DNA of 64,000 nucleotides, taken from positions 4,526 to 68,525 of the IMG/VR virus record IMGVR_UViG_3300034082_001517, one strand, 5' to 3'. Position 1 is the first letter of the stretch. Every line of letters begins with the position of its first letter. The position numbers and the translations under genes are program-made. This document shows positions 1-12,900 of this stretch, one piece after another. The DNA is from a virus. The notes beneath the pieces were generated by a model. It worked only from the letters and a program-made list of their open reading frames with translations, did no database searches and had not been told where the DNA came from.

Positions 1-2493
1 TGATGAATTATTCCAATTACTTACATACTCACCATCGGAAGAAAAAGATCCAGCGTTAAATTTAGCAAACATCTCTATTGAGAATTCACCAGTGTGGATT
101 GAACTTGATGTGTTTGAGAAATCATAAGAAGAATGGTAAGGAAGCCGTAGATATGAATTTGATTCAAGTAAAATGCTTCGGCTATCTTTATCAGAGACAA
201 CACCAGATGGCTCTGATATTTTCACACTCCCAATATATATCGCATCATTCCTTCTTGCAGACCTTTCAATTATATTGACATTCGCAGTAGGAGTCCATGA
301 ATTAGATGAAAATGTTAAATAAGATGTTTCACTTTTAACACCAATTTTATCGTTGGCAACCATTGAGTAACATTCTGAAGCAGCAACATAAGACAATGTA
401 CTGTTATATTCTGTACTCAACGATATTGTAAACAATTCACCTGTAATCTTTTGCTCTGTAAAGAATTCAATTCTCAATTCGTAAGGTTGACCTGCCGTTA
501 AATAATACTCGTCTGATGAAATTACAACTTCTGCGTTTGACCCAGAATCAACGACATACCATTTATCAATAATTTTTTCTTTGTTTAAATAAACACGAAC
601 TCCGCCTTTATTAATATCAATAACAATAGCTCTATTACCAGTTTGGTCTGGAACATAGTAGCCATCAAAAACTCCATTGAAGTAACTATCAACCACCGTG
701 TTGGCTATTGATGTAAATTGACCAGATGTATATCTCAACGCATAAGTATTGCTTGTTGATATTTGCTTTGTAGTTGTCGTTAAAGATGGAGCTATGTAGC
801 CCCTGATATCCAAAGCTTTTTCATATGTTGATAAATTGCGATCATTAGCATCAAGCTTAATATCCCTGACCGAATTAAGATCTGTATCTGGTATTTCAAC
901 AAAGCGAGCCCGTAGCGATGTAGAAACAATTCTTGCAGAACTAGCTCTGTCTACGCTTTTCTCATCAAAACCCAAATGCAAAATAGCCCCATCTTTTACA
1001 GATGTTTTTCTAGGATTCAATAAGTATTCTATGTCAGCTCTTGGATAATTTGTCATTAATAATAAATGTTCTACCGCTTCTGCGACTGTAGATTCCTGAA
1101 GTAAGAAACCTTTAGTCACCATTTTTTCATTACCGAACTTACTTCTGTCGGTAAGTGATGCGCTAACAACCATGCTAGATGAGGAGCCCTGCCATTCGTC
1201 AACATAAAACACCCCATACGGAACATATTCAAATATATCAAAAACTATGGCAGCGCCAGCGGTATGAGCTCTACCGATAGTTCCGCCGTAGCCTCGCTGG
1301 ATCACATCAAATGAGTTTCCAGTACCTTTCCTAGCCAATACTCTTTCTTTATTTATTGTTCCATCATCAATAGTTAAAATATAATCATTATTACCACCGC
1401 CTGCAGGGAAGCCTGCAACGCTGTTGACACTCCAGACTGTGGAGGAACTAGTTATTGTATTTGAGAGGACTGCATTAACCACGACATTTGTTGATGGATG
1501 AATCTCCCATCCAGCATAAATATGAACCCTGATATCTTTTTTCATATATTTGCCAAATGAAGACGAGGAATTGAATAAATTAAAATCCTTTTCTGTATTA
1601 TCAAAGCTTAATGATGCTGTTGAGCTTCCAGTTCCAGCAATTGGCAAACTGGTTTCATGGACATCTCTCACCTTAGAAACACCAGAGTCAATAACATAGT
1701 CAGTCATATCAACCTGGTATATTGGAGATACTTCGTTTACCCTTGCGTAATCTAGGGGGTTCTTTGTCGTATAAATAGTTAAGACAATTTTATTAATATC
1801 ATTTGAAGTTACCCCTTCAAGAAAATGCTCGTGATAATATAATTCGTCTGGTATTTCTGCATCCTCATTGTATATTAAGTTTACTGTTTGATTATATGCT
1901 TTAATATTATATGATTTAATTTGACCATTATATTCAGATGTTATAATTTTTAATAGATTGACTTTACGCTCTGTAAAAACATATGTCAAAATAACTGGAT
2001 CAGTAAACCCGTATCCATTAAGCGTAGCATGGGTATTTGACAAACTTTTGGTTGATGACTGATATCCAAATTCGTAATTATCATCCTTATTTGCTGGAAG
2101 ACAATGCCATTGACCATTTGCTGTGATTACTTTGCCATTAATATCTTTTGCATCACACACACCCCATGTAAATGACTGGCGTTCTATGCCATTAATTGAC
2201 TCATTTGGAGTAAAATAAAAATCCCTCTGCCTAGACTGATTAAACTGCACTTCTTTATTTGATAGAGATCTTCCATTGGATAGCATCCCTGTAGCATTAA
2301 GAATTACAGTTGCATTACTTAGTTGCGAGACAGTATAATTACTTGAAGCAATTTCAACATTAGCGTTTTTTTCAATATGCCTGCTGTCCAGCCAATCAAC
2401 TAGGATGAGTGGTTTGATTCTTTGAGAAATCGCAGATGAAGCGGAGTTAAAAGAGTCTGAAATTTGTTTGTCATATAAGCCGTATTGGAGCAT
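1..2493 (-). CDS. Large minor tail / tail-tip (central fibre-hub-like) protein, truncated at window start
   Basis: Not in ORF track because it runs off the edge. ATG at 2491-2493 abuts the stop of the upstream gene and reads MLQYGLYDKQISDSFNSASSAISQRIKPLILVDWLDSRH...; third gene after tape measure. Confidence 0.75.
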   Translation of the reverse strand, partial: MLQYGLYDKQISDSFNSASSAISQRIKPLILVDWLDSRHIEKNANVEIASSNYTVSQLSNATVILNATGMLSNGRSLSNKEVQFNQSRQRDFYFTPNESINGIERQSFTWGVCDAKDINGKVITANGQWHCLPANKDDNYEFGYQSSTKSLSNTHATLNGYGFTDPVILTYVFTERKVNLLKIITSEYNGQIKSYNIKAYNQTVNLIYNEDAEIPDELYYHEHFLEGVTSNDINKIVLTIYTTKNPLDYARVNEVSPIYQVDMTDYVIDSGVSKVRDVHETSLPIAGTGSSTASLSFDNTEKDFNLFNSSSSFGKYMKKDIRVHIYAGWEIHPSTNVVVNAVLSNTITSSSTVWSVNSVAGFPAGGGNNDYILTIDDGTINKERVLARKGTGNSFDVIQRGYGGTIGRAHTAGAAIVFDIFEYVPYGVFYVDEWQGSSSSMVVSASLTDRSKFGNEKMVTKGFLLQESTVAEAVEHLLLMTNYPRADIEYLLNPRKTSVKDGAILHLGFDEKSVDRASSARIVSTSLRARFVEIPDTDLNSVRDIKLDANDRNLSTYEKALDIRGYIAPSLTTTTKQISTSNTYALRYTSGQFTSIANTVVDSYFNGVFDGYYVPDQTGNRAIVIDINKGGVRVYLNKEKIIDKWYVVDSGSNAEVVISSDEYYLTAGQPYELRIEFFTEQKITGELFTISLSTEYNSTLSYVAASECYSMVANDKIGVKSETSYLTFSSNSWTPTANVNIIERSARRNDAIYIGSVKISEPSGVVSDKDSRSILLESNSYLRLPYHSSYDFSNTSSSIHTGEFSIEMFAKFNAGSFSSDGEYVSNWNNSS

Positions 2494-3576
2494 TTAAACT
2501 TCCTCTAAACTTATTGAACAATCCCAAAAATACACACCATTTTCAATATCTCTTCTGATTAAAGTTTCGCTATAATCTTTCACTAATACATTATAACTCG
2601 TTTCAGTGTATGGAGTTGTCCCAGAATCATCTAAATTTATTATTTTAAGAACATGCGATCTGGGGTCGGATGCTATATCCTTTATAAAGTCCCGACCTTT
2701 TTTGCCATCAACAGTTGATGAGTTGGAATTAGGGAGCCAAGACCATGACAAATTAAAAGTCCTTCTTGCAGCCCTAGATGAAGACTTATAGTATCTACTG
2801 GATCGGTTATTCCAGTTCTTTACTTCAGTAAAGATCGGCTCAACACTCATATCAATAGTTCTATTATGATTGGTTATCGGGGACTCGTCCAGCAAAAGGA
2901 AAGTTCTAATTAATGAATCATCAATATTTACAATCCCAGCAATTGCCGATGTAGCAAACTTTACTGCTGTAGCAGATACTGACCCCACATTCTGCAGGAC
3001 TATCTTGATTGTTATTAGAATTAGTTTACCAGCAACTGACAACGATACATTTGAACTTAACGCAGTAGACGCAAAGATTATCTTCCTTGGTATTGCAGAT
3101 AAATTAGACGATACAACCACATTAGCGGCACCACGAGCTGTTTTTACCATAGATGTAACAATTGAAGCCGCCGAGCTTATTGCAGATACAGCCAGTGCTG
3201 TTTTCACTGCTAACGCCGCAACACTTGTTGTGCAATTTATTGCAGATGAAGCATATGCTATTTTTGTACTTGACGCAGTTAGTGAAGAAGTTGCACTAAT
3301 AACAATTAACGCCCCTTCCCTAATATTTGTGCCAACGGTTGCAGTTGCTGATAGTAAGTCAGAAATATTTGCCGAAGCAAGAACCATTCTTGTAGCGGCA
3401 ACTGTTGCCGTTGCATCAGCAGATAAATTTGCCGAAATAGATAACAATCTTATTGCATTAACTGTAACGCTAATATCACCAGCTACCGCAATAGATACTG
3501 CTTCAACATCATCAGCAGTAAAGAAATCTACACCACTATTAAGAGGTTCGCTAAAACTATAGAAACTGTCTGCCAT
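2494..3576 (-). CDS. Minor tail protein (Ala/Ser/Thr-rich repeats + C-terminal distal-tail-like domain)
   Basis: 360 aa; C-terminal domain resembles the 131-aa neighbour (RTFNLSWSWLP...VDGKKGRDF...DYSETLIRRD vs RSFQITWSYLP...VDSKAGRTF...SYSESVIRRD); after TMP. Confidence 0.7.
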   Translation of the reverse strand: MADSFYSFSEPLNSGVDFFTADDVEAVSIAVAGDISVTVNAIRLLSISANLSADATATVAATRMVLASANISDLLSATATVGTNIREGALIVISATSSLTASSTKIAYASSAINCTTSVAALAVKTALAVSAISSAASIVTSMVKTARGAANVVVSSNLSAIPRKIIFASTALSSNVSLSVAGKLILITIKIVLQNVGSVSATAVKFATSAIAGIVNIDDSLIRTFLLLDESPITNHNRTIDMSVEPIFTEVKNWNNRSSRYYKSSSRAARRTFNLSWSWLPNSNSSTVDGKKGRDFIKDIASDPRSHVLKIINLDDSGTTPYTETSYNVLVKDYSETLIRRDIENGVYFWDCSISLEEV

Positions 3577-3578
3577 GT

Positions 3579-3974
3579 TTAGCGCTCCTTCAATGTCAAT
3601 GAGACATCATAATAAGTACAACCAGTTTTTAAATCTCTTCTAATAACCGATTCGCTATAGGAGTCAACATAGCAGGTGTATTCCGTAAGACCAGCGTTCG
3701 GTTCAAGCTCAACTTGGACAGAAGCCGTTGAAGATGTATTTGCCAAGTTAAACAAAAAAGTCCTGCCAGCTTTACTGTCAACTGATTTATCAACTTTGTC
3801 TGGAAGATACGACCAAGTTATTTGAAATGATCTCTTATTAGTTGTGAAGAATCTTCTTCTATGACCAGATGCAAGATCAACATCATTAGCCGCAATCTCT
3901 TCGGTTATAGACAGCTTTCTTCCATGCTCTGTAATAAATGTTCCATTTATTTTGAATAAAGAATTAGTATTCAT
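3579..3974 (-). CDS. Distal tail (Dit-like) protein
   Basis: 131 aa immediately after tape measure, beta-rich, translationally coupled. Confidence 0.65.
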   Translation of the reverse strand: MNTNSLFKINGTFITEHGRKLSITEEIAANDVDLASGHRRRFFTTNKRSFQITWSYLPDKVDKSVDSKAGRTFLFNLANTSSTASVQVELEPNAGLTEYTCYVDSYSESVIRRDLKTGCTYYDVSLTLKER

Positions 3975-6900
3975 TATAGACCTTTATTAATCCCGTTGTA
4001 TGTGCTTACAACTCTGCTTTGCACTCCAGCAGCTTTTTGATTTCTTGGCAAAACTTTTGTGTTGTAGTCTTTCATCATTCCGTTAAACCACTCTGGCTCA
4101 CCAATGAAATTCTCAACAAAGATATTTACATTTTGCGTTGAACTAGACGCAGTTCCAGATTGTGCGTATTGTGGAGCATTAATTCCAGCACCTGGCATGT
4201 TGATTCTAGGAACAGATGGCATGCTCGGCAAGTTTGGCTTTGAAAGCTTATAGTTATTCAATCTTTCTAGCGTGTCAGTGCCAATTCTTTGCACAGCTTT
4301 ATGATTAATAACATATTCCCCTCCGTGCAATATCGCTGGGATACCTTGTTGAACTGGACCGTTTGTCATACCACCAGTACCATACGCCATTCCACCCTTC
4401 ATGTACATTCCAACTTTTCCGCCGCTATACAGAGTAGGAATTTTTGGAAGAGGGATAAAGTCGCTTACCTTCTTTCCTCCAATGAAAGGAAGTGGGATTC
4501 CCAAGATAGTCTTCGGGAATGCGAAATTACCGAGCAGGTCAACAGCCCTGTTGAACAACCCACCGATACTATTAACAACTATCTTGAACGCTTGCGGTAT
4601 TGCTGAAATTGCAGATGAAATGAAATCAATAGCTCCACCAATTACACTCTTGATTGCACCTCCGATCTTAGAAATAATCGGCTCTATAACACCCCATACT
4701 GTGCTGAATGCAGTTTTTAATCCATTCCATACGCCTATTAAATTTTCAATTACAACTTGTATCTTTTCCTTAATGAACCCGCCAATACTGCCAATTACAC
4801 CCATGATGAAATCTTTTGTATTAGTTAGCGCAGCTACAAATAAGTCCCATCCTGCTTTGATTAAGTCAATTGCTAAACCAATTCCACCTGTAATAGCATC
4901 TTTAATAAAATTAAATATCGGCTCAAGGAAAGTCCAAGAAATTTGTATCCCCTGCCATAACAAATCCCATACAAATTTTACATCGTCAATTGCTTGTTTA
5001 ATTACCTTTCCAATAATATCCGCCATCAAGCCAAATATTGGACCTACCAAGTCCCAACCAGCCTTGATACCATCCCACAAGAAACCAAATATTTTCTTTA
5101 GACCTTCAACTTGTGTTGAAATTATATTCCCAACAATGTCCATAATCCAATCAAACACTGGCTTAATAAAATCGTAACCAGCCATAATGCCGTTCCACAG
5201 AAGGCTAAATGCAATTTGTAGTATTTCAACATAAGTCTTAATTACATTTCCAACAGTGTCTGCAATCCAATCAAATACTGGCTTTATAAAATCGTAACCA
5301 CTAGTTATTATTCCCCAGAAAATACTAATTGCATCACCAAGTATTTGGAAAGCGTTTGTTGCAACATAACTAATAACATCCCAAACTTTTGAAAACGCTG
5401 CTCCAATCCATGATGCTACTTTCTTCAAAGTATCCCACAGCAGAGGAATAACAAAACTTAAGTAATCCCAGTACAGAGAAGCAGCTTTTTTCAGCACTCC
5501 CCAGGCTGCACCAAATGCTGTGCCAATCCATGATGATACTTTCTTCATAACTTCCCAAACAACATCAATTGCAGACTTAAACCCATCCCATACGCTTGAG
5601 AGTATTGGACCAAGATTATTTTTTACTGTATCAAATAACCACATAATTGCTTCATACGCTATAACAACTGGTGCGGTAAATATTAACCACAAACTACCAA
5701 TGTTCTCATGCCACCAATCAACAAACCCCTTAACTTTATCATAAATAAAGTCCCATGCTGCAACAGCTACATCTTTAATTATATTAAACGCCCCTACGAG
5801 ACCTCCAACAATAAATTCAGCAAGATCAATAAGGGCACCAACAACTTTCTTAATAACATACCATGTAGATTCAAGAACAATCTTAATTGTCCATGTTGCA
5901 GCAATTGCCGCTACCAAACCAAGCAATGCAGCTAGGCGAGCAAAGAAGACTACAATTGGATTAGAAGCAATAGCCTTGAAAACATCAAACAGAACATTAA
6001 ATACCCCAACAATAATATCAATTGCAATCTTTATTGCACCCACTGCTATATCAATTACTGTATTTAATATTTCAAACGGAAGGGCTATTAACTTAGCTAT
6101 AGCGCCAATACCAATTTCAACTATTGGTGTAGCGATATCAAATATTTTTGAGAAAATATCAATAATAAAACCAGTTACAGAAAACAGTGGACCTTTTATT
6201 TTGTCAAAAATATTTACAATTACGACAACAATACCGCCAGCAAAAGCAACTATTGCGCCAATAGCAATTCCAATAGCAATTCCAATTTTACCCAAAAGTT
6301 CCATTATAGGATCAGCAATAGTCTTAATACCATCCCCGATAGCCCCCCAGAAACCCTTGAACAAGTTAATAAAGCTATCAACGAAGCCCCCGATGTTATC
6401 TTTTAGGGCATTAAATCCATCAACAAAGAAAGAAATGATTTTCTTAAAGGTATCTTCAACAATTCCACCAATTGCACCCCAAACATCTTTCATGAAATCT
6501 AAAGCATTTTGTACAAAATTTTTGACAGCATCAAGTGAATTACTTACCCCTGTCTTTATTCCATCCCATACGAAACCAATAACGGTTCCAAGCGCTTCCC
6601 AAGCGGCTATGAAAGCGCCATTAACAAAATCTCTAAATCCTTTAACCTTGATATAAAGATAAATGAATAATCCAATAACTATTCCGACTGCAGCGACTAT
6701 GGCTGCTGCCCCTATTGATACCGTTAAGAGCGCACCAGCAATAACGCCCATAACAGTTGATATAAATCCAAACACTGCTTGCAGTACAAAAAATCCAGCA
6801 ATAGCGCCAACTGCTCCTAATATTGCAGTCTTAACAGCACCTAATTGATCAGCCAAGCCAATAGCAGCATCTTTAATTCCGCCAAAGAAACCGCCGCCAG

Positions 6901-9900
6901 ATTTCTCGGTACCACTATCGCTAACAGGCGGGGTAATCTTATTTCTGTCAGCCAGCCCCCTACCTCTTCTGATTTCAAATCTATCATAAGCAGACGGAAC
7001 ATAGGAAGCCTCACCAGGAAGAGCACCGCCAGCTGGCTTCTTTGCCTCATCTCCACCACCACCAGATTGTTGCTCTCTGCTTACTTCAATCAAATTGATA
7101 TCTGAAGCGATTTGCTTTATTTCATCAAACAATCCCGTCATGTATTTCTTAACATCTTCTAGACCAGCAAGCGCAGGTCCAAATATTGAAGCAAAATCAG
7201 CTTCAGAAGTAGCTTCAAATATTTTCTTAAAATCATTCCAAAGAGTACCCTTTAGCCCAACAAGTTCTCGCTTTAGAGAATTAACCATTTCAATTAGAGC
7301 AAGACCAGCAGCTTCAACCCATAAGTTTGCTGGGATAATCCCTGAAATATCTGCAGTCACTGCAGAACTCCAAGGAGTTACGAATTGTGCAATTATTCCA
7401 TCATTGAATGCAGTTTTAAAAGCATCTGGCAATCCAGTAGCCAGCATGTATGCAGCACCAAGTATTGATGTTGAATTAGCTGTTCCGTTCGCTGCACCAA
7501 ACTTAGATTGCGCCTCAGCGACTAACGCATCCATTGATACAGTGAACATACCGATTGATGAGTCAGTGTTATCTCTAATTGCAGTTGGTAACGCCAGCAT
7601 TGAGGTTGAGAATGTACTTGTTATTGCGTCAGAGAATGTTTGAGATGCACCGCCTAATCTTGAAAGCAGAGTTTTAAATTCATCTTCAGTAGAGAAACCG
7701 ACAGTTTTAATCTTTTCAATTTGATCATCAAAATCTCTAAACATTTTTTCATATTCTTTAGCAAGCAGGTCTTTCTCTCTTGCTATTACAGCCAAAGCTT
7801 TATCTCGCTGTTCCCCTTGTAGAGTTTTGAGCCTAGAAAGGTCTAAGTCTTTCTCTTCCTTAACCGACTCGGATTTTGATTTCTGACTTGCTAAATCAAG
7901 TGAACGAACATCTTCGGTTCTACCCTCATAGACGGCAACTTTCCTTTCTCTTAAGTAATTTTCTTGATCAAGAGCTCTTGTCTTGATAAGCAATCTCTTC
8001 TTTTCTTCATATTCAATCTTGTCAGTTAGTCTTTCTTCTGCATCAGCAAGTTCCTGGATAGCATCAGCTTGATTATCAAATGCTTCCAGTGCTTTATCTC
8101 TTTGATCCTCCAATCCCCTCTTAAGGGAATCTACATATTTATCAACCGCTGCGTCAGCTTTGCCAAAGAAGCCATCAGTAAATGTCTTCTTAATATCTTG
8201 CATTTTCTTCATCATTCCCTTAGCAGCAGCAGCGCCAAGAGCTTCACCACCAGATTTTGCAACATCTGCGTTTTTCTTTAAAGATTCCTGTATTGCTGTT
8301 TTCAAACCATCTGGATCACCAGCGGTGCTGGCGAGTGCTTTATTAATTCCTTGACCTATCTTTTTGGCATAAGATTTATCAATTGAATCCATTCCCTTTC
8401 TAATAAAACCAGCCATCCCACTAGCTGCCGAACCCATGCCATTAGCAACTGACTTACCAACACCAGAAGCCCACTTATCAATTTCAGCGTCACTCTTTGT
8501 TAGAGCTTTTGATGCTGCAAAACCAGCAAGTGAAAGACCTACCAAGGCAGCGCCAGCTGTTGCAATTGCCGCACCCATGCCGAAGAATGGGATTAACGCT
8601 ATTCCTATTCCAGTTATGATAGATCCAAAGAACAGACCAACTTCCATCCCAAATTTCCCAATAAGATTAAGCATCTTTATGCTTGCTTTTGCAACCGCTC
8701 CGATTACAGTGCCAATAATTCCACCCATGTGTGGAAGTAATTTAGAAAGACCATCAAACAACTTCGCCATAACATTAAGACCTTCGTAAAGCAAGCTTTG
8801 GAAGAATGCAGACATGTTCTTGCCAGCGCTTCCGTCTTGACGCATTGCTCCACGAATTGCTCTACCGAGCAAGATAAATCTATTGACCAATCTTATAATG
8901 ACTGGACCCAAAGTATTCTTTACAAACCTTTGACCAGCGCCCTGGGCAAAATTATTAAATGCTTGCGATACAGACTTGAATGCCCGTGCCATAATATATA
9001 GGGCTCCAGCGGTTTTCTGTGTTTGGTTTGTAGCACCAGTAAATCCACCAAACGCATTTATGATATCCAGAATTGGATTTGCAAGTGCAAGGATGGCTCC
9101 CTTAACCAATACAATTCCTTCTTTAAACAACTTTAAAGCCGCTGAGTTATTAGTAGTCCCTCTCTTCAATTGAATAAAGATTGCAGTAATAAGCAAAACC
9201 ACTGGGGCTATCAAGAACAGAGCAGCGTTAAGTTTTATCACGATAGCTACAACACTCAATACTGATTTCAAAATCCCGCTAAATGCAGCCTGTATTCCAG
9301 CACTAAGACCTGTAAAGGCATTTAACCCGACCAATGATTTTCGCAAGAGACTTGTTCCAGCAGTAAGACCGCCGATGGCTGCTTTCGCAGATGCCAGTCG
9401 TGCCCCTGTGTTGGCGAATATGTTTAAGTGTGCAATTCCTACCCTTAAAGACTTAACAAATGTCATCATTCCAGCAGTCAACATGAAGGTCCAAGCCTTT
9501 GTTAATTTACTTCTTTGCAAACTAATAAGGAATGCTTTCATTTCTACATTAACAGTTGAACCTAATATCTTACCCAGTTTTCCAAAAGCCCACGCCATAT
9601 CACCTGTGATAGTCTTAGTTACAAGACCAGCGGCACCCATTGATTTAATTGTTGTGATTGTTGCATTGTTTATAGCATTAAATACTCTAACCGCTCCAGC
9701 AGACTTTCTAAAACCATCTGCTAACATGTCAGCCGTTGAGCCTACAACCTTTAATCCACCAGTCATGGCTCTAACAGCATTAACAGCATACGATGAAGCT
9801 ACGGCACGACCAACAGCGTTAAACGACTTTACGGCTGCTGTAGCAGTAACATGCATTGCCTTTGGCAGAACATTACTAAACATACTGCCCAACTTAGCTA

Positions 9901-12900
9901 CACCCTTAGTAACATCATCTATCTTTGATTTAATACCAGAAAAAGCAGTTACTTTTGGTATTGCAGCGGCAGGTGGTGTTGGCAAGGCTGGACCAAATAC
10001 TGGTCTAGTCATTGGGACAGCAGAAGTTGCGCCAACAGTTCTGCGTGGATCTATACCCGTAATTCTTCTAAGCTTTGCCGCCCTTACATCATCAATCGCC
10101 CCGCCATCATCAAGTATTTTCTTACGAACTACTCCAAGTGTTTTTCTTCGTGAAGCCCTCATAACCAATGGATCGGTGTATGGAGCCAAACCACTTCTCG
10201 CTGAAGCGAGCCTTGCTGAATCTCTTGCCTTGTCGGTTATATTTATTTTCAACTTGTCGGCTGAAATTATTTTACCTTGGAATATGTTTGGACCTTGAAA
10301 GAAGTTTGGTCCTTTAAAGAAGTTGGCAAGAGACTTGTCAAAACTAACAGCCAATTCACCAAGCTTTTTAATAACTCCGCTATCTGTAGGAGCAATTTTC
10401 ATTCCAGCAGGAAGACTGCCTACATTAACCTTCCGACTTGCACTAGGTGCTTTTGGTATTGGGGCTCCTGTTGGCGTTGGATAAAACGGTGCCGCTGCTG
10501 CCGCCGCTGCTGGTGCCACTTTTGCTGGTTTTGTTGTTACTGGTATTGATGCTGCCTTTAATGAATCAGTCATAACCGTGCTGGCTTTAGCAAGGTCAGT
10601 CAATCTCTTGGACGCATTTTTAGTTGCAATTTCTAATTTCTTCTTAGCCTCAACAAGAGCACTATTTTGAGCCCCCAGACCATTCTTTATGGTAGCCGCT
10701 TCTCTCTTTAGAAGTTCTGCTTTTGCTTTTTCAAGAGTATTAAGGCTACTACGAACTCCATCTCTAGCCTTTACTAAACTTGTCCCAGATTTTGTCGCTA
10801 ATTGCTCAGCTGTATACGATGAAATTAATGCGTCAATTGCTGCAACATTCTTAAATTTTGCACCAGCCAACAGGGCGTTGGCTTTTTGCATAAGCTCTTC
10901 GCCTCTCTTAGACATTACGATTGTTGCAGCTGATGCATTAGTTGCTGCTGTCTTTACCTCTGTTGCAGTACTGGACGCTGTAGTTACTGTTTTATCTTTC
11001 ACTTCCGCCGTTGTTGCTGCTTGAGTCGCCCCTGTATTTTCTGCCTGTGCTACTGTATTAGCCTCAGTTGCAACAATGTTCTTTGTTACCGCTGGGGTTG
11101 TAGATGGAGGTGTCTCTGGCTTCTCTCCAAGTACTCTGTTTAATATTTCATCGTTTTGGTTACGACTTGCCGTTGCTGCTGCATCCCTAGCTGTCTTCCT
11201 GGTATTTGGCTGCCCAGTCCTTTCTGATTCGCTTGACTTTACAGCCTTTCTAGCATTGTTAAACCTTCTTTGTTGAACTTCTTCTGCAAGCGCTTTTATT
11301 CTTGCTGACACCCCTCCCCCAGTAAGGGATGTCATGGATTTTATTGGTTCCCCCTTTATCTGCCCCTTTACACCAGCTAAGGCGAAAGTTCCTGAACCAA
11401 CAGCGTCAATTAAAATATTGTTAGATGAACTAATCAAATCAGTGGTGTTCTTGAGTATCTTAGCAACACTTCCATTTGTTCCTTTAAACAACATTCCCAG
11501 TTTGGCTTTTGCTGCTGCGACATAACCAGATTTGCCGCCGCTATGAATTTCTGGAGTTTTGGCTATAGTGTGAAGAATATCTTGAACTTGTCTATCCAGA
11601 CCCGCCTTGATGGTTTTTGCTGTTGCCTCATCCACTTGGGTGTTTAATAAATTAAAACCAGATTTAAGAACATTTCCAGTACCCTTAGGAGGTTTTGCAG
11701 CAACTGTTGCTTTAGCAACTTGGCGAATAATATCTTTTTCTACTTTGCTAAATTTTGCAATTGGAAGCTGGTCTACTAAATCATCAATTGATTTATCAAC
11801 CAAGGTTGATATTTTAACCAACCCGCTCTTGACTGCCTGAGCGGCTCCCTTTCCTACTCCAGCCCCTGTTGGTAAATCCCCCATGCCTCCAGAAATTATT
11901 TTTCTGATTGGTTGTACAGTTCTACCGCCAGGACCAGAAGGAGATAGTACTTCTCTTTGTCTTGCAAAAGCTTTTGCAAGTTTCTCTCTAGCCGAAATTT
12001 TTGCAGGCGAAACATCTTTTTTCATATCTGCAAGTTCTGCTACAAGCTCGTCACCGCCATTTTCAATTCCTTTATAAAACTCTGTTAGACCGCCAACAAC
12101 TTTTTTATTTTTTAATATTGCGGCTTCAGCGGCTGGATCAAATTCATCTGATGTTGGGAGATATTTAGTTAAATCAACACCCTTTCTTTCAGCCATCCGT
12201 CTAGCGGTTTCTTTTTTAACTTTTTTTAATTCCGCAGCAGTTGCTTTTCTGTTACCATCGCTTCCCGAAAGGTTTACATCTGCATCAAGAATGTCATCTG
12301 CCGTTTCAGACAAGCGAGATTTCAAATCTCTTATAATATTTTCGTCAGTAGAATCTAATATTTTTTGAGTTAATTTTTCTATTTCAAGATCATGTAATAT
12401 TTTTGCCCTAATGTCTTTGGGAAGAACAACAGGGGAGCCTTTTTGACTTACAACCCTATCCATCCCGCCAACACGATCTGAGAATTCATTTGCATATCTA
12501 ATTGGGTTATCTGGTCCAATGCCAGACCCGCTTGCTGTTCTACCACTAGTTAAGTTCTGAATTGCCATTTCTTCTCGCATCAGATTGCTTTCAGTGGTAA
12601 GTAATTGAGATGTTGCTTTTGATGCAGGAACTAATTTTTCGTGAATTGCGGATTTAGCCAGCAACAGCTCTTCTTGGAGAGCACTTATTTGCTTTTTATA
12701 GGTACCGCCAAGTTGTCTAGCAACATCAGTTCCTTGTTTTTCTACAATCTTCAAGTTAGATTTTGCTTCAGCCAAACTCTTTTCTATTGCTGCAATTTCA
12801 GCTTTAGGTCTTGTCGTGTATACCTCTTCAACGCCAGGAGGAGGAACAATACCTGGAGCGCTATCTGCAATGTTCCCAGATATAGCGTTAGCTAAAGTCT